From positions 2,370,001-2,402,000 of the forward strand of contig NC_006576.1 of the NCBI RefSeq assembly GCF_000010065.1: a DNA stretch of 32,000 bases, written 5' to 3'. Made by a program: the position numbers and the translations under genes. Below, in pieces: positions 9,231 to 16,575 of the stretch. The DNA comes from Synechococcus elongatus PCC 6301 (GTDB taxonomy: Bacteria; Cyanobacteriota; Cyanobacteriia; Synechococcales; Synechococcaceae). The notes below the pieces were generated by a model that worked only from the letters and a program-made list of their open reading frames with translations, was not told the DNA's origin and searched no databases. Position 1 is the first letter of the stretch; every line of letters starts with the position of its first letter.

Positions 9231-10112
9231 TTAGCGCTGGCGAGAGTTAGAGCGATCGCGGTGCCAGCGTCCGCCTTGGCGGGGTTGGTCGCGAAATTCG
9301 GCCTTGGGAAAGAGCTGATCGGCGAGCTCGTCGTAGCTGCCGTCAAAGGGACAGCGATCGCGGCTGGGGCAATCCTGACAATCGCGATCGCCGTTGTAGC
9401 GCTGCAGGTTCTCGCGGTTAAACCAGTAGGGCTTGGTGCTGAAGGTGCTGGCTACCCACTGCCACGAGAGGTTATTGCTGGCGGGGTCGCCATCGAGTAA
9501 ATGCTGAAGAAACCAGCGCGCACCCGCCTGCCAGCGAATGCGCCGCCAATGCACCAGATAGGCCGCCATCCACATGCGGGCATGGTTATGCAGGTATCCA
9601 GTCTCCTTCAGTTCACGACTGAAGCGATCCATGCAGGCTAAGCCTGTCTCAGCCGCTTGTAGGTCAGGCGGAAGCGCCTCGCTGTATTGTTGGCTGTCCC
9701 AGCCGGTTTTGTAGGGCTCACGATCGCGCCAAATGCGATCGCCCCACTCCCAATAGATCCGTTGCCAGTAGTCGCGCCAAGCCAGTTCCGTAATCAGTTT
9801 TTCGCCATCACTGCGCTGGCGAATTTGAGCCAAGACGCGATCGCGGACGGTTGCCAAACTAAGAACGCCGTGGCGAATGTAGGGCGACAGGCGTGTCACT
9901 GCACCGTCCAAAAAGTTGCGGCTTTTGCCATAGCGCAGCGGGTTGATCGCCTCGAGCTGAGCGATCGCGGCTTGATAGCCGCCTGGGATGGGACTGACCT
10001 GGGCATCCACGGCCGCCGCTTCTGGAAATTGCTGCTGCAGATAGTCGATCAGTTCTTGGCGATCGCGAAAAGATCGCCGCAGATCATGGCCATCGCTGGG
10101 TTCTGAGCTCAT
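9231..10112 (-). CDS. Photolyase/cryptochrome-family FAD-binding domain protein lacking an N-terminal alpha/beta domain
   Basis: FAD_binding_7 hallmarks are present: LSPYIRHGVLS, ELAWRDYW, TGLACMDRFSRELKETGYLHNHARMWMAAYLVHW..W..GARWFLQHLLDGDPASNNLSWQWVAS. The ORF is open to a GTG at 10148. ATG at 10112 (MSSEPSDG...) is my preferred start. Confidence 0.8.
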   Translation of the reverse strand: MSSEPSDGHDLRRSFRDRQELIDYLQQQFPEAAAVDAQVSPIPGGYQAAIAQLEAINPLRYGKSRNFLDGAVTRLSPYIRHGVLSLATVRDRVLAQIRQRSDGEKLITELAWRDYWQRIYWEWGDRIWRDREPYKTGWDSQQYSEALPPDLQAAETGLACMDRFSRELKETGYLHNHARMWMAAYLVHWRRIRWQAGARWFLQHLLDGDPASNNLSWQWVASTFSTKPYWFNRENLQRYNGDRDCQDCPSRDRCPFDGSYDELADQLFPKAEFRDQPRQGGRWHRDRSNSRQR

Positions 10113-10240
10113 GTAAGCAGCAACTTTACAATTCTTCACTTTTAACACGCTGCCCGAGCTGGGGGCGATCGCCCACTTGGGTCAGGAGCTCGGCGCCTCA
10201 GAAAAGCTGGGACAATTAGGTCACGTCGATGCAGTGAGGA

Positions 10241-10660
10241 GTGGCGAGGGTGAGCGAGGATTGGACGCTAGCAGAACAGCGGTTGCAGCAGTATCGCTGT
10301 CAGACGGAGGACCTGCAGCTCAGCCCAGAGGCAGTGCAACAACTGCGTAGCGATCTGCATACTCTGGTCACAGCAGCGGACTTTCTGACCCTGGGAATCT
10401 GCGCTGAGACCTCAGCGATCGCCCAAGCGGCCTTGGCAGAGTATTGGGCCGCCCTCCAGCAGCCAGCCCTCGAACCGACCGATCTACCGGCAATCGCGGA
10501 GCCCTGTTTCCTCAAAGCCAATGGGCGATCGGGGCGGTTGCTCTTGGATACCTATGAAGGAGCCTACCGAGGCGTACTGATCACCGTGCATTCCGACCTA
10601 GCGGCAGGCCCGAGCGGCACCTACGGTCATTTTCCCCTCGACCTGTTTGCAGCAGCCTAG
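10241..10660 (+). CDS. Conserved cyanobacterial hypothetical protein (DUF1824-like; family recalled from memory, unverified)
   Basis: 139-aa ORF with native codon composition and HIP1 sites. GTG at 10250 sits 8 nt after GAGGAG and may be the true start. No catalytic motif was recognised. Confidence 0.55.
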   Translation: MARVSEDWTLAEQRLQQYRCQTEDLQLSPEAVQQLRSDLHTLVTAADFLTLGICAETSAIAQAALAEYWAALQQPALEPTDLPAIAEPCFLKANGRSGRLLLDTYEGAYRGVLITVHSDLAAGPSGTYGHFPLDLFAAA

Positions 10661-11577
10661 TTGCGGAAATTGTTGTTGTAGTGAATGACGGCTCCCGCCC
10701 ACTGCAGCTTCTCGCGCAGGATGCGGTAGAAGGAGCGATCGCTGTCTAAAACCAGGAACTGAGCAGGCTTTTCGGCCATGCGAATATCCACTCGTTGGCC
10801 CGGCCAGATCGAAGTGGCCAAGACTCCATCCATCCAGAGCTTGATCGTGGGATCTTGGGTGCCCAGGGGCCAAACGCTGACCACCGATCGCGGTGGAATC
10901 ACGATCGGGCGGCTGGATAAACTCATGGCGCAGATCGGCGTGACCGCTAAGGCATCGACGCCGGGATGGACAATCGGACCGTGGGCGGCAGCGGTGTAGC
11001 AGGTAGAACCCGTGGGCGTTGAGACAATCAGGCCATCTCCTTGGTACTGGTCGATGATCTCGCCATCGACTTCCATTTCGAGGATGCAAACAGACATGCG
11101 ATCGGGTGCCGCCGGCTTCACACACATGTCGTTGAGGGCGTAGTAGGTCTCGCTAATGGGTTCGCGATTTTCGCGCCCGCCCTCATGCAGGCTAGCGGCC
11201 AGCATCATGCGCTGTTCCACCGCGTATTGATCGTTGCGCAGGCGATCCCAGAGTTCAGCCTCGGGTTGAAAAAAGTCTCGGGGCTGCGTCAAAAAGCCGA
11301 GGTGTCCCCCGACGTTGAAGGTCAACAGCGGAATGCCTGCATCGGAGAGGTGGCGAGCGGCGGCCAACACGGTGCCGTCCCCCCCCAAAACGATCGCTAG
11401 ATCAATCGGTTCAGTGGCCGAAGCCAGGAAAACTGGAAAGGGATTATCGCGTGCCCCGCTCGGCCCCAACATGACGTGAATCCCTTGGCTTTCGAGGCAA
11501 TGGGCGCAGTCATCTGCAGCCGCTTTGCTGGTGGGATCACCGGCTTTGTAGGCGATGATCACTTGGCGCAGTTGCAC
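10657..11577 (-). CDS. nadK: NAD(+) kinase
   Basis: 306 aa. The GGDGT motif (IVLGGDGTVLAAAR), the NDMCV block and GDGLIVSTPTGSTCYTAAAHGPIV are diagnostic of PpnK/NadK. Confidence 0.92.
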   Translation of the reverse strand: MQLRQVIIAYKAGDPTSKAAADDCAHCLESQGIHVMLGPSGARDNPFPVFLASATEPIDLAIVLGGDGTVLAAARHLSDAGIPLLTFNVGGHLGFLTQPRDFFQPEAELWDRLRNDQYAVEQRMMLAASLHEGGRENREPISETYYALNDMCVKPAAPDRMSVCILEMEVDGEIIDQYQGDGLIVSTPTGSTCYTAAAHGPIVHPGVDALAVTPICAMSLSSRPIVIPPRSVVSVWPLGTQDPTIKLWMDGVLATSIWPGQRVDIRMAEKPAQFLVLDSDRSFYRILREKLQWAGAVIHYNNNFRN

Positions 11578-11689
11578 GGGCGCGCTCTTGAACGCAGGTA
11601 TAGCCTCAGCCTAACCTCGATCAGCCCACGGTCAAAAGAAGAAGATCCTGATCCCTTCAACGCTGTTGCCTGGAATCAATCTGCGGGGA

Positions 11690-11869
11690 TCACAAACGAG
11701 AGCGAACGCCATCGAGTAACCAACTGACGAGGCCGGCTCCCAACACCAGCCAGAGCAGCGGCCAAGTCAAAAACTGCTCAACGTTCTGGATAGGGATCCA
11801 GAAAAATAGCTTGGCGATCGTGAGGGCAATCCAGACCAAGGGCAGAAACAGACCTAGTGCGATCGCCAT
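11690..11869 (-). CDS. Small hypothetical membrane protein (about 59 aa, 2 predicted TM segments)
   Basis: MAIALGLFLPLVWIALTIAKLFFWIP...WPLLWLVLGAGLVSWLL is strongly hydrophobic. The ATG at 11869 lies 4 nt after the frame-corrected stop of the upstream Sua5/YrdC gene. The listed 78-aa ORF extends the N-terminus into that gene. Confidence 0.45.
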   Translation of the reverse strand: MAIALGLFLPLVWIALTIAKLFFWIPIQNVEQFLTWPLLWLVLGAGLVSWLLDGVRSRL

Positions 11870-12480
11870 GGGCTCACACCTCCCCCAGAACAATGCTGCC
11901 CTGCCGCAGAACTTGCCATTGTCCATCGGCTTGCCAGCGCACGAGCTGTCGAGGCGAGGCCAGATGGATCCGGCCAGGGATCCTCGGCCAAAACGGTGAC
12001 CTCAGGAAATTCCGCTGCGATCGCATCTGGGTTTAGTAAGGCCGGTTCTCCAGAACGGTTGGCACTGGTAGTCGCCAGTGGCCCTGTTTCAGCCAAAATT
12101 TGACGGGCGAGCGCACAGGCGGGAATGTGGAGTCCAATACTGCTGCGATCGAGGGGATTAGCAGCTGCGGGTAGGCGATCGCTGGCTGGGAGAACCAGCG
12201 TCAAGGCGCCTGGCCAATATTGATTAGCAATCGCATTCCACTGCGCCTGATCCTCAGGACTCCCTTGGGCGAACGGCCATAGTTCTGCTGCCGTCGCGGC
12301 CATCAGAATCAGGGGTTTTTCGGAGGGGCGTTGCTTGAGTCGATAGATTTGCGCCGCCTGATCTGGTTGAACTGCTAGGGCGGGCAGCGTATCGGTGGGA
12401 AAACTAATCACCTGACCGGCTTGCGCCGCTGTGATTACTGCCGCTAACGAAAGACGCACCATCGTCCTCAAGCACTCCAA
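11854..12480 (-). CDS. L-threonylcarbamoyladenylate synthase (Sua5/YrdC/TsaC family), with an apparent frameshift near its 3' end
   Basis: YrdC-domain motifs are present: VISFPTDTLPALAV, YRLKQRPSEKPLILM, and GPLATTSANRSGEP. After ...PSGLAST the listed frame gives a low-complexity tail. The +1 frame instead encodes LVRWQADGQWQVLRQGSIVLGEV* ending at 11874. MVRLSL (12462) is an alternative start. Confidence 0.8.
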   Translation of the reverse strand: MECLRTMVRLSLAAVITAAQAGQVISFPTDTLPALAVQPDQAAQIYRLKQRPSEKPLILMAATAAELWPFAQGSPEDQAQWNAIANQYWPGALTLVLPASDRLPAAANPLDRSSIGLHIPACALARQILAETGPLATTSANRSGEPALLNPDAIAAEFPEVTVLAEDPWPDPSGLASTARALASRWTMASSAAGQHCSGGGVSPWRSH

Positions 12481-13349
12481 CTGGCCGAAACAAAGCGATC
12501 GCGGCCCGCTAAATCGCGATGACTTTGGATCTCAGAATAGCCAGGAATGGCCGCCAGCAAAGCCGTTACAGCGGTACTTTGACCGGCCATGTGTTCGCAG
12601 AGCCACAGACCGAGCGATCGCAAATAGTCAGGCGCCGCTTGGGCTAAATGGCGTAGCGCTTCTAACCCATCAGGGCCAGACTCCAGAGCTTGACGCGGTT
12701 CATGATCGCGGACTTCCGGCTCTAGGGCTTGCCACTCTTGAGTGGGAATGTAGGGCGGATTGGAGATAATTGCCTGCAGTTGACCTCGATAGTCGGCCAA
12801 AGGCACCAACCAACTGCCCTGATACCAGCGGATGCGATCGCTTAAACCATAGCGGGCTGCATTGTTCCGGGCGATCGCCAGAGCCTCAGCACTGTCATCG
12901 ACGGCAAGGACGGTGATTTGGGGTAGTGCCCGCGCTAACGCGATCGCGATCGCACCGCTGCCAGTCCCTAAATCCGCCCAGAAGCCTGTTTGTCGGGCTG
13001 GTTCTGCTTGGGACCAAGCGATTGCTAGGTCGATGATCAGCTCTGTTTCTGGCCTGGGAATCAGGACAGCGGGGGAAACCTGCAACTCCAAGTCGCGCCA
13101 AGGCGCATGACCTGCCAGATACTGCACCGGACAGCGCTGTCGGATCCGTTGTTGCCAGAGATCCGCGATCGCTGCTAGTGGGCAACGTAGCTCAAGGCGA
13201 TCGCCTGGGGCTGCCCAGCGTTGACGTTCTAGCGGAACGCCGGCCACTTCCCGGAGGAGCCAGTCCAATTCTTGGCGATCGATATCCGGCGCCAGTTGCT
13301 GCTGGTGCGATCGCCAAGTGAGCACAGCCTGCCAGGTAGTGGTTGCCAT
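12468..13349 (-). CDS. prmC: Release factor glutamine N5-methyltransferase (HemK/PrmC)
   Basis: 293 aa. The SAM-binding motif DLGTGSGAIAIALA and the catalytic NPPY motif (IISNPPYIP) are present. Confidence 0.9.
   Translation of the reverse strand: MATTTWQAVLTWRSHQQQLAPDIDRQELDWLLREVAGVPLERQRWAAPGDRLELRCPLAAIADLWQQRIRQRCPVQYLAGHAPWRDLELQVSPAVLIPRPETELIIDLAIAWSQAEPARQTGFWADLGTGSGAIAIALARALPQITVLAVDDSAEALAIARNNAARYGLSDRIRWYQGSWLVPLADYRGQLQAIISNPPYIPTQEWQALEPEVRDHEPRQALESGPDGLEALRHLAQAAPDYLRSLGLWLCEHMAGQSTAVTALLAAIPGYSEIQSHRDLAGRDRFVSASWSA
12940..12953. repeat. Overlapping double HIP1 element (GCGATCGCGATCGC); one example of the HIP1 octamers dispersed through the window
   Basis: Read directly from the sequence. 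GCGATCGC recurs many times outside 970-4000. By eye I count about a dozen between 4350 and 8800. Confidence 0.9.
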
Positions 13350-13361
13350 CCAAGGCTGGGG

Positions 13362-14381
13362 CTAGTTAGCCGGACGAGGTGTTGGGGTTGGGTTGGTGGC
13401 TCGTGGTGGAGTTGTCCCAGTTCCTGCTGCGGGTGGGGTTGTCGTCGTTGCTCGCGGCGGTGTGGTGCCGTTGGTAGGCGTGAGCTGCTTCACCAATTCT
13501 TGGAGGACTGGCAAGCTGCTGACCGGTGGAAGTAATTCGATCAAGCTCTCGTTACTCCCAGGCTGTGCCGCAGTCAGGGTGTTGATAATCGTCAACAAAT
13601 CCGTGACCGTAATTGCGTATTCCCCTGCCTTCGCATTGGTGTCCTGTTTCTTGAGTTTCTCCAACTCTGCTGCCAAGGGTTCGTATTCCAAGAAGAGAGG
13701 AATGCGGCGGATGGCATTGCCCTTTGCGTCCTTCACCGGCTGACCTTGTTGATTGGTCATGGTGATTGAAAGGGACTCGGAGTAGAAGATTGGGACAAAG
13801 GCTTCAGATTCTAGCTGTTTGAGTTGCTCCGGCTTGATGTTCTTATCCGCTTTGTAGAGCTCCAGTGCCTTTGCCCGCTGTTTGGGATCCGGGATAATTT
13901 CGTAAGTGACCTTGGGGTCATTGGTCTTCTTCAAGAAGTCAAGAATGAGTTCCAAAGCTTTAGGCAACAGAAGTGAGCCAATTCTGGCGTCTTTGCCGAG
14001 GGGCTGATTACTCTTTTGTAGTTCTGCAAGAGCAGCTTGGGCTTGAGTTTGGTTGATAAAAACCGGGAAGGTTTTGTTAACTTCTTTTCCGTCCTTGTCC
14101 CGAGACGTGAACAACAGGGGCTGTTGTTCTTTGGTCAGGATGACAAAGACAGGGACTCTGCCAATGCGGGCTGCTACTTCTTGATCCGAAAGGGCGATCG
14201 CGGCAGGTGGGGCAATCAGAGGGATGGCAACGCCTCCAGATAGGGAGATGACTAGAGCGGCGGCACTGGTAAGAAATTTGTTCACGTCAATCCCTAATTC
14301 ACGACGATGCTGGTGGCGTAGATCTTGAAGCAGGGCTCTCAGCCGACCTAACTCTACGCTGAATTTCGACTGTCTCGCCAT
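13362..14381 (-). CDS. Tic22-like periplasmic chaperone-family protein with a Pro/Thr-rich C-terminal tail
   Basis: Central blocks are typical of cyanobacterial Tic22 homologues: VPVFVILTKEQQPLL...KTFPVFINQTQAQAALAELQ, VPIFYSESLSI, and IPLFLEYEPLAAELEKLK. GTG at 14285 would give MNKFLTSAAALVISLSGGVAIPLIAPPAAIA, a clean signal peptide, and is probably the true start. The tail is TTPPRATTTTPPAAGTGTTPPRATNPTPTPRP. Confidence 0.75.
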   Translation of the reverse strand: MARQSKFSVELGRLRALLQDLRHQHRRELGIDVNKFLTSAAALVISLSGGVAIPLIAPPAAIALSDQEVAARIGRVPVFVILTKEQQPLLFTSRDKDGKEVNKTFPVFINQTQAQAALAELQKSNQPLGKDARIGSLLLPKALELILDFLKKTNDPKVTYEIIPDPKQRAKALELYKADKNIKPEQLKQLESEAFVPIFYSESLSITMTNQQGQPVKDAKGNAIRRIPLFLEYEPLAAELEKLKKQDTNAKAGEYAITVTDLLTIINTLTAAQPGSNESLIELLPPVSSLPVLQELVKQLTPTNGTTPPRATTTTPPAAGTGTTPPRATNPTPTPRPAN

Positions 14382-14444
14382 AGACGGCCAAGAAGCAGAA
14401 GCGGTTCCAACCGGCTAAAATGCCTGCGAAGTTCAGACTGATCC

Positions 14445-15710
14445 ATGATGCAGCGATCGCGGTCGGCTTGTGTTGCACTGATGTCTACAGTGCTACTGGT
14501 CAGTTGTCAAACGCAAGTCCAGTGGCCGTGGCAGGATCCGGGGGGGCTCAAGTTGGGTAGCCTGCTGCCGCTGACGGGAGATTTGGCTCAGTATGGCCGA
14601 CCCATGCAAGACACTGCTGAATTGCTGGTGCAGACGGTCAATGCCTGCGGCGGGGTGCAGGGGCTGCCAGTCCGCCTGATTCCAGCAGACGATGAAACCA
14701 AACCCGATCGCGGCGTTGCGGCCATGACCAAACTGGCGGAAGTCGATCGGGTAGCAGGGGTGGTCGGCGCAGCGGCCAGCAATGTTTCGGATGCAGCCTT
14801 GACCCTAGCGGTCAACAACCGTGTGGTGATGATCTCGCCTTCCAGCACCAGTCCTCGTTTTACGGAACGGGCCCGCCGGGGGGATTTCAAAGGCTATTGG
14901 TTCCGAACGGCTCCCTCCGATGCGCTGCAAGGGCCAGCCTTGGCCAAACTGGCGCTGGATCAAGGCTGGCGATCGGTCTCGGTCATTGCCATCAATAATG
15001 ACTACGGCAATGGGTTGCTGCGATCGTTCATTCCCGCTTTTGAGCAGGCCGGCGGAGTGGTGTTTAACCGCGATCAGCCGGTGCTTTACACGCCTGATGC
15101 CAGTAGCTTTGACAGCGAAGTGGAACAGGTTTTTCGCGATCGCCCCGATGCTGTGGTGTTGATTGGCTACCCAGATTCCGGCGCCCTCATTCTGAAAAGT
15201 GCTTACGAAAAAGGACTGTTGGGCCAGTCTACGCAAATGTTGCTGACCGATGGTCTGAAGACTGATCAATTGGCGGAGCTGGTCGGACGTAATCCTCAGG
15301 GTCGCTACATCGTGCAGGATCTCGTCGGCGTTGCCCCCAGTTCGGGCGGCCCGGGCCGCGAGGCGTTCCTCAAGCGTTATCAAGAGCGTTTTCAGCGATC
15401 GCCGCAGGTGTTTGATGCCAATACTTGGGATGCCGCAGCGCTCTTGGTTCTGGCGGCTGAGAAAAGTAAGTCCTTGGAAGGGGAAAAGCTCAAGGACAGC
15501 GTGGCAGCGATCGCTAATGGTCCGGGAGAGCCAGTCAGTGATATCTGTCAGGCCTTGGCCCTAGTGCGCGCGGGCAAACCGATCAACTATCAAGGGGCCA
15601 GTAGCGAGCTCAAGCTGGACAACAATGGCGATGTTTCTGGGCGCTATGACTTCTGGCAGTTTGATGCTGATGGCAAGGTCAAAATCCTCAAGACCGAGAG
15701 TTTTCAGTAG
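14445..15710 (+). CDS. Periplasmic solute-binding lipoprotein, type I PBP (LivK/NatB-like amino-acid binding)
   Basis: 421 aa. Signal peptide with lipobox (VLLVSC). Peripla_BP_6-like blocks are LPLTGDLAQYG, VVGAAASNVS, and VIAINNDYGNG. No permease or ATPase gene is adjacent. Confidence 0.85.
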   Translation: MMQRSRSACVALMSTVLLVSCQTQVQWPWQDPGGLKLGSLLPLTGDLAQYGRPMQDTAELLVQTVNACGGVQGLPVRLIPADDETKPDRGVAAMTKLAEVDRVAGVVGAAASNVSDAALTLAVNNRVVMISPSSTSPRFTERARRGDFKGYWFRTAPSDALQGPALAKLALDQGWRSVSVIAINNDYGNGLLRSFIPAFEQAGGVVFNRDQPVLYTPDASSFDSEVEQVFRDRPDAVVLIGYPDSGALILKSAYEKGLLGQSTQMLLTDGLKTDQLAELVGRNPQGRYIVQDLVGVAPSSGGPGREAFLKRYQERFQRSPQVFDANTWDAAALLVLAAEKSKSLEGEKLKDSVAAIANGPGEPVSDICQALALVRAGKPINYQGASSELKLDNNGDVSGRYDFWQFDADGKVKILKTESFQ

Positions 15711-15867
15711 AGGATGACGCTGAGTTTCAGAGCTGATTGCCAAGCTGTGAAGATCTCCTTCAGGGCTTGTCGATGGGCGATCGCTGATTGTTTCCGGCGC
15801 TGCCTGGGCTCCGGCGATTGCTTGCCGATCGGCTCGGTGCGATCGAAGCACTAGACTGAGAACGAGC

Positions 15868-16575
15868 ATGGAGCAAGCTGTGAGCGACGCCGAGATCCTG
15901 TTAGTCGATGATGAGCCTGGACTGCGTGAAGCCGTTCAAGCCTATTTAGAAGACAGTGGCTTTCGAGTGCGCACAGCTGCCAATGCCCAAGAGGGTTGGG
16001 AGCAACTTCAGCAAGCCCGTCCTGATTTGGTGATCACTGATGTGATGATGCCTCGGGTTGACGGCTATCAGTTTTTGGCTCAGCTGCGAGGTGATGATCG
16101 CTTCAAGGCTTTGCCAGTGATTTTGCTGACAGCGCGGGGGATGACGGGCGATCGCATCCAAGGTTATGAAGCGGGCTGTGATGACTACATTGCCAAGCCC
16201 TTCGATCCAGATGAACTGGTGGTACGGGTCGAGAACCTGCTGCGCCGGCGCCGAGAAACGATCGCGGCTGTTGCTGACACGGGTAATCCTGACTTAGCGG
16301 AAGTTGCGCGACAAGTCGCAGAAATTCGAGCCATGCTCCAGCAGAAGCCGCAGTTGCAAACGCAGGCCACACCGCTCGCCCTGGACCTCACCCCTCGCGA
16401 AGAAAGTGTTTTGAAATTGGTTGCTCAGGGCTTGATGAACAAAGAAATTGCCCGAGAACTCGATACCAGTGTGCGCAACATTGAAAAATACGTCAGCAGG
16501 TTGTTCAGTAAGACAGGCACCAACAGCCGCACAGAATTGGTGCGCTTTTCGCTAGAGCATGGCCTAGCTGATTGA
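15868..16575 (+). CDS. NarL/FixJ-family response regulator (receiver plus LuxR-type HTH), possibly Rre1-like
   Basis: 235 aa. Receiver motifs ILLVDDEPGL, DLVITDVMMP and LLTARG are present. A long linker is followed by LTPREESVLKLVAQGLMNKEIARELDTSVRNIEKYVSRLFSK (GerE/LuxR HTH). No kinase gene is adjacent. Confidence 0.9.
   Translation: MEQAVSDAEILLVDDEPGLREAVQAYLEDSGFRVRTAANAQEGWEQLQQARPDLVITDVMMPRVDGYQFLAQLRGDDRFKALPVILLTARGMTGDRIQGYEAGCDDYIAKPFDPDELVVRVENLLRRRRETIAAVADTGNPDLAEVARQVAEIRAMLQQKPQLQTQATPLALDLTPREESVLKLVAQGLMNKEIARELDTSVRNIEKYVSRLFSKTGTNSRTELVRFSLEHGLAD

Noticed and set aside
8829-9500. 223-aa plus-strand ORF overlapping both photolyase-family genes
   Set aside because: It is antisense to two ORFs with clear photolyase motifs, and its own translation has no motif. 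It also bridges the TAA junction, which a real gene would have no reason to do.
10150-10200. Hairpin-like inverted repeats centred on HIP1 sites (for example CCGAGCT...GCGATCGC...AGCTCGG near 10153-10192), considered as regulatory structures
   Set aside because: HIP1 is itself palindromic and very abundant here. Short flanking complementarity around it occurs repeatedly and is not specific evidence for regulation.
10598-11125. 175-aa alternative-frame ORF within nadK, and a 119-aa plus-strand ORF at 11041-11400
   Set aside because: The NadK frame carries the diagnostic GGDGT and ATP-NAD kinase blocks. The alternatives are Arg/Pro-rich nonsense.
14805-15383. 192-aa antisense ORF inside the solute-binding protein gene, and a 102-aa ORF at 15561-15869
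   Set aside because: Both are antisense to a well-supported periplasmic binding protein gene and have no motifs.
14445-16575. An orphan solute-binding protein next to an orphan NarL-type regulator, considered as a possible novel ligand-sensing pair
   Set aside because: From memory, the cyanobacterial neutral-amino-acid (Nat/N-I) ABC transporter genes are dispersed, with the binding-protein gene standing alone. Orphan NarL-type regulators (Rre1-like) are also common. Adjacency alone is not evidence of a functional link.
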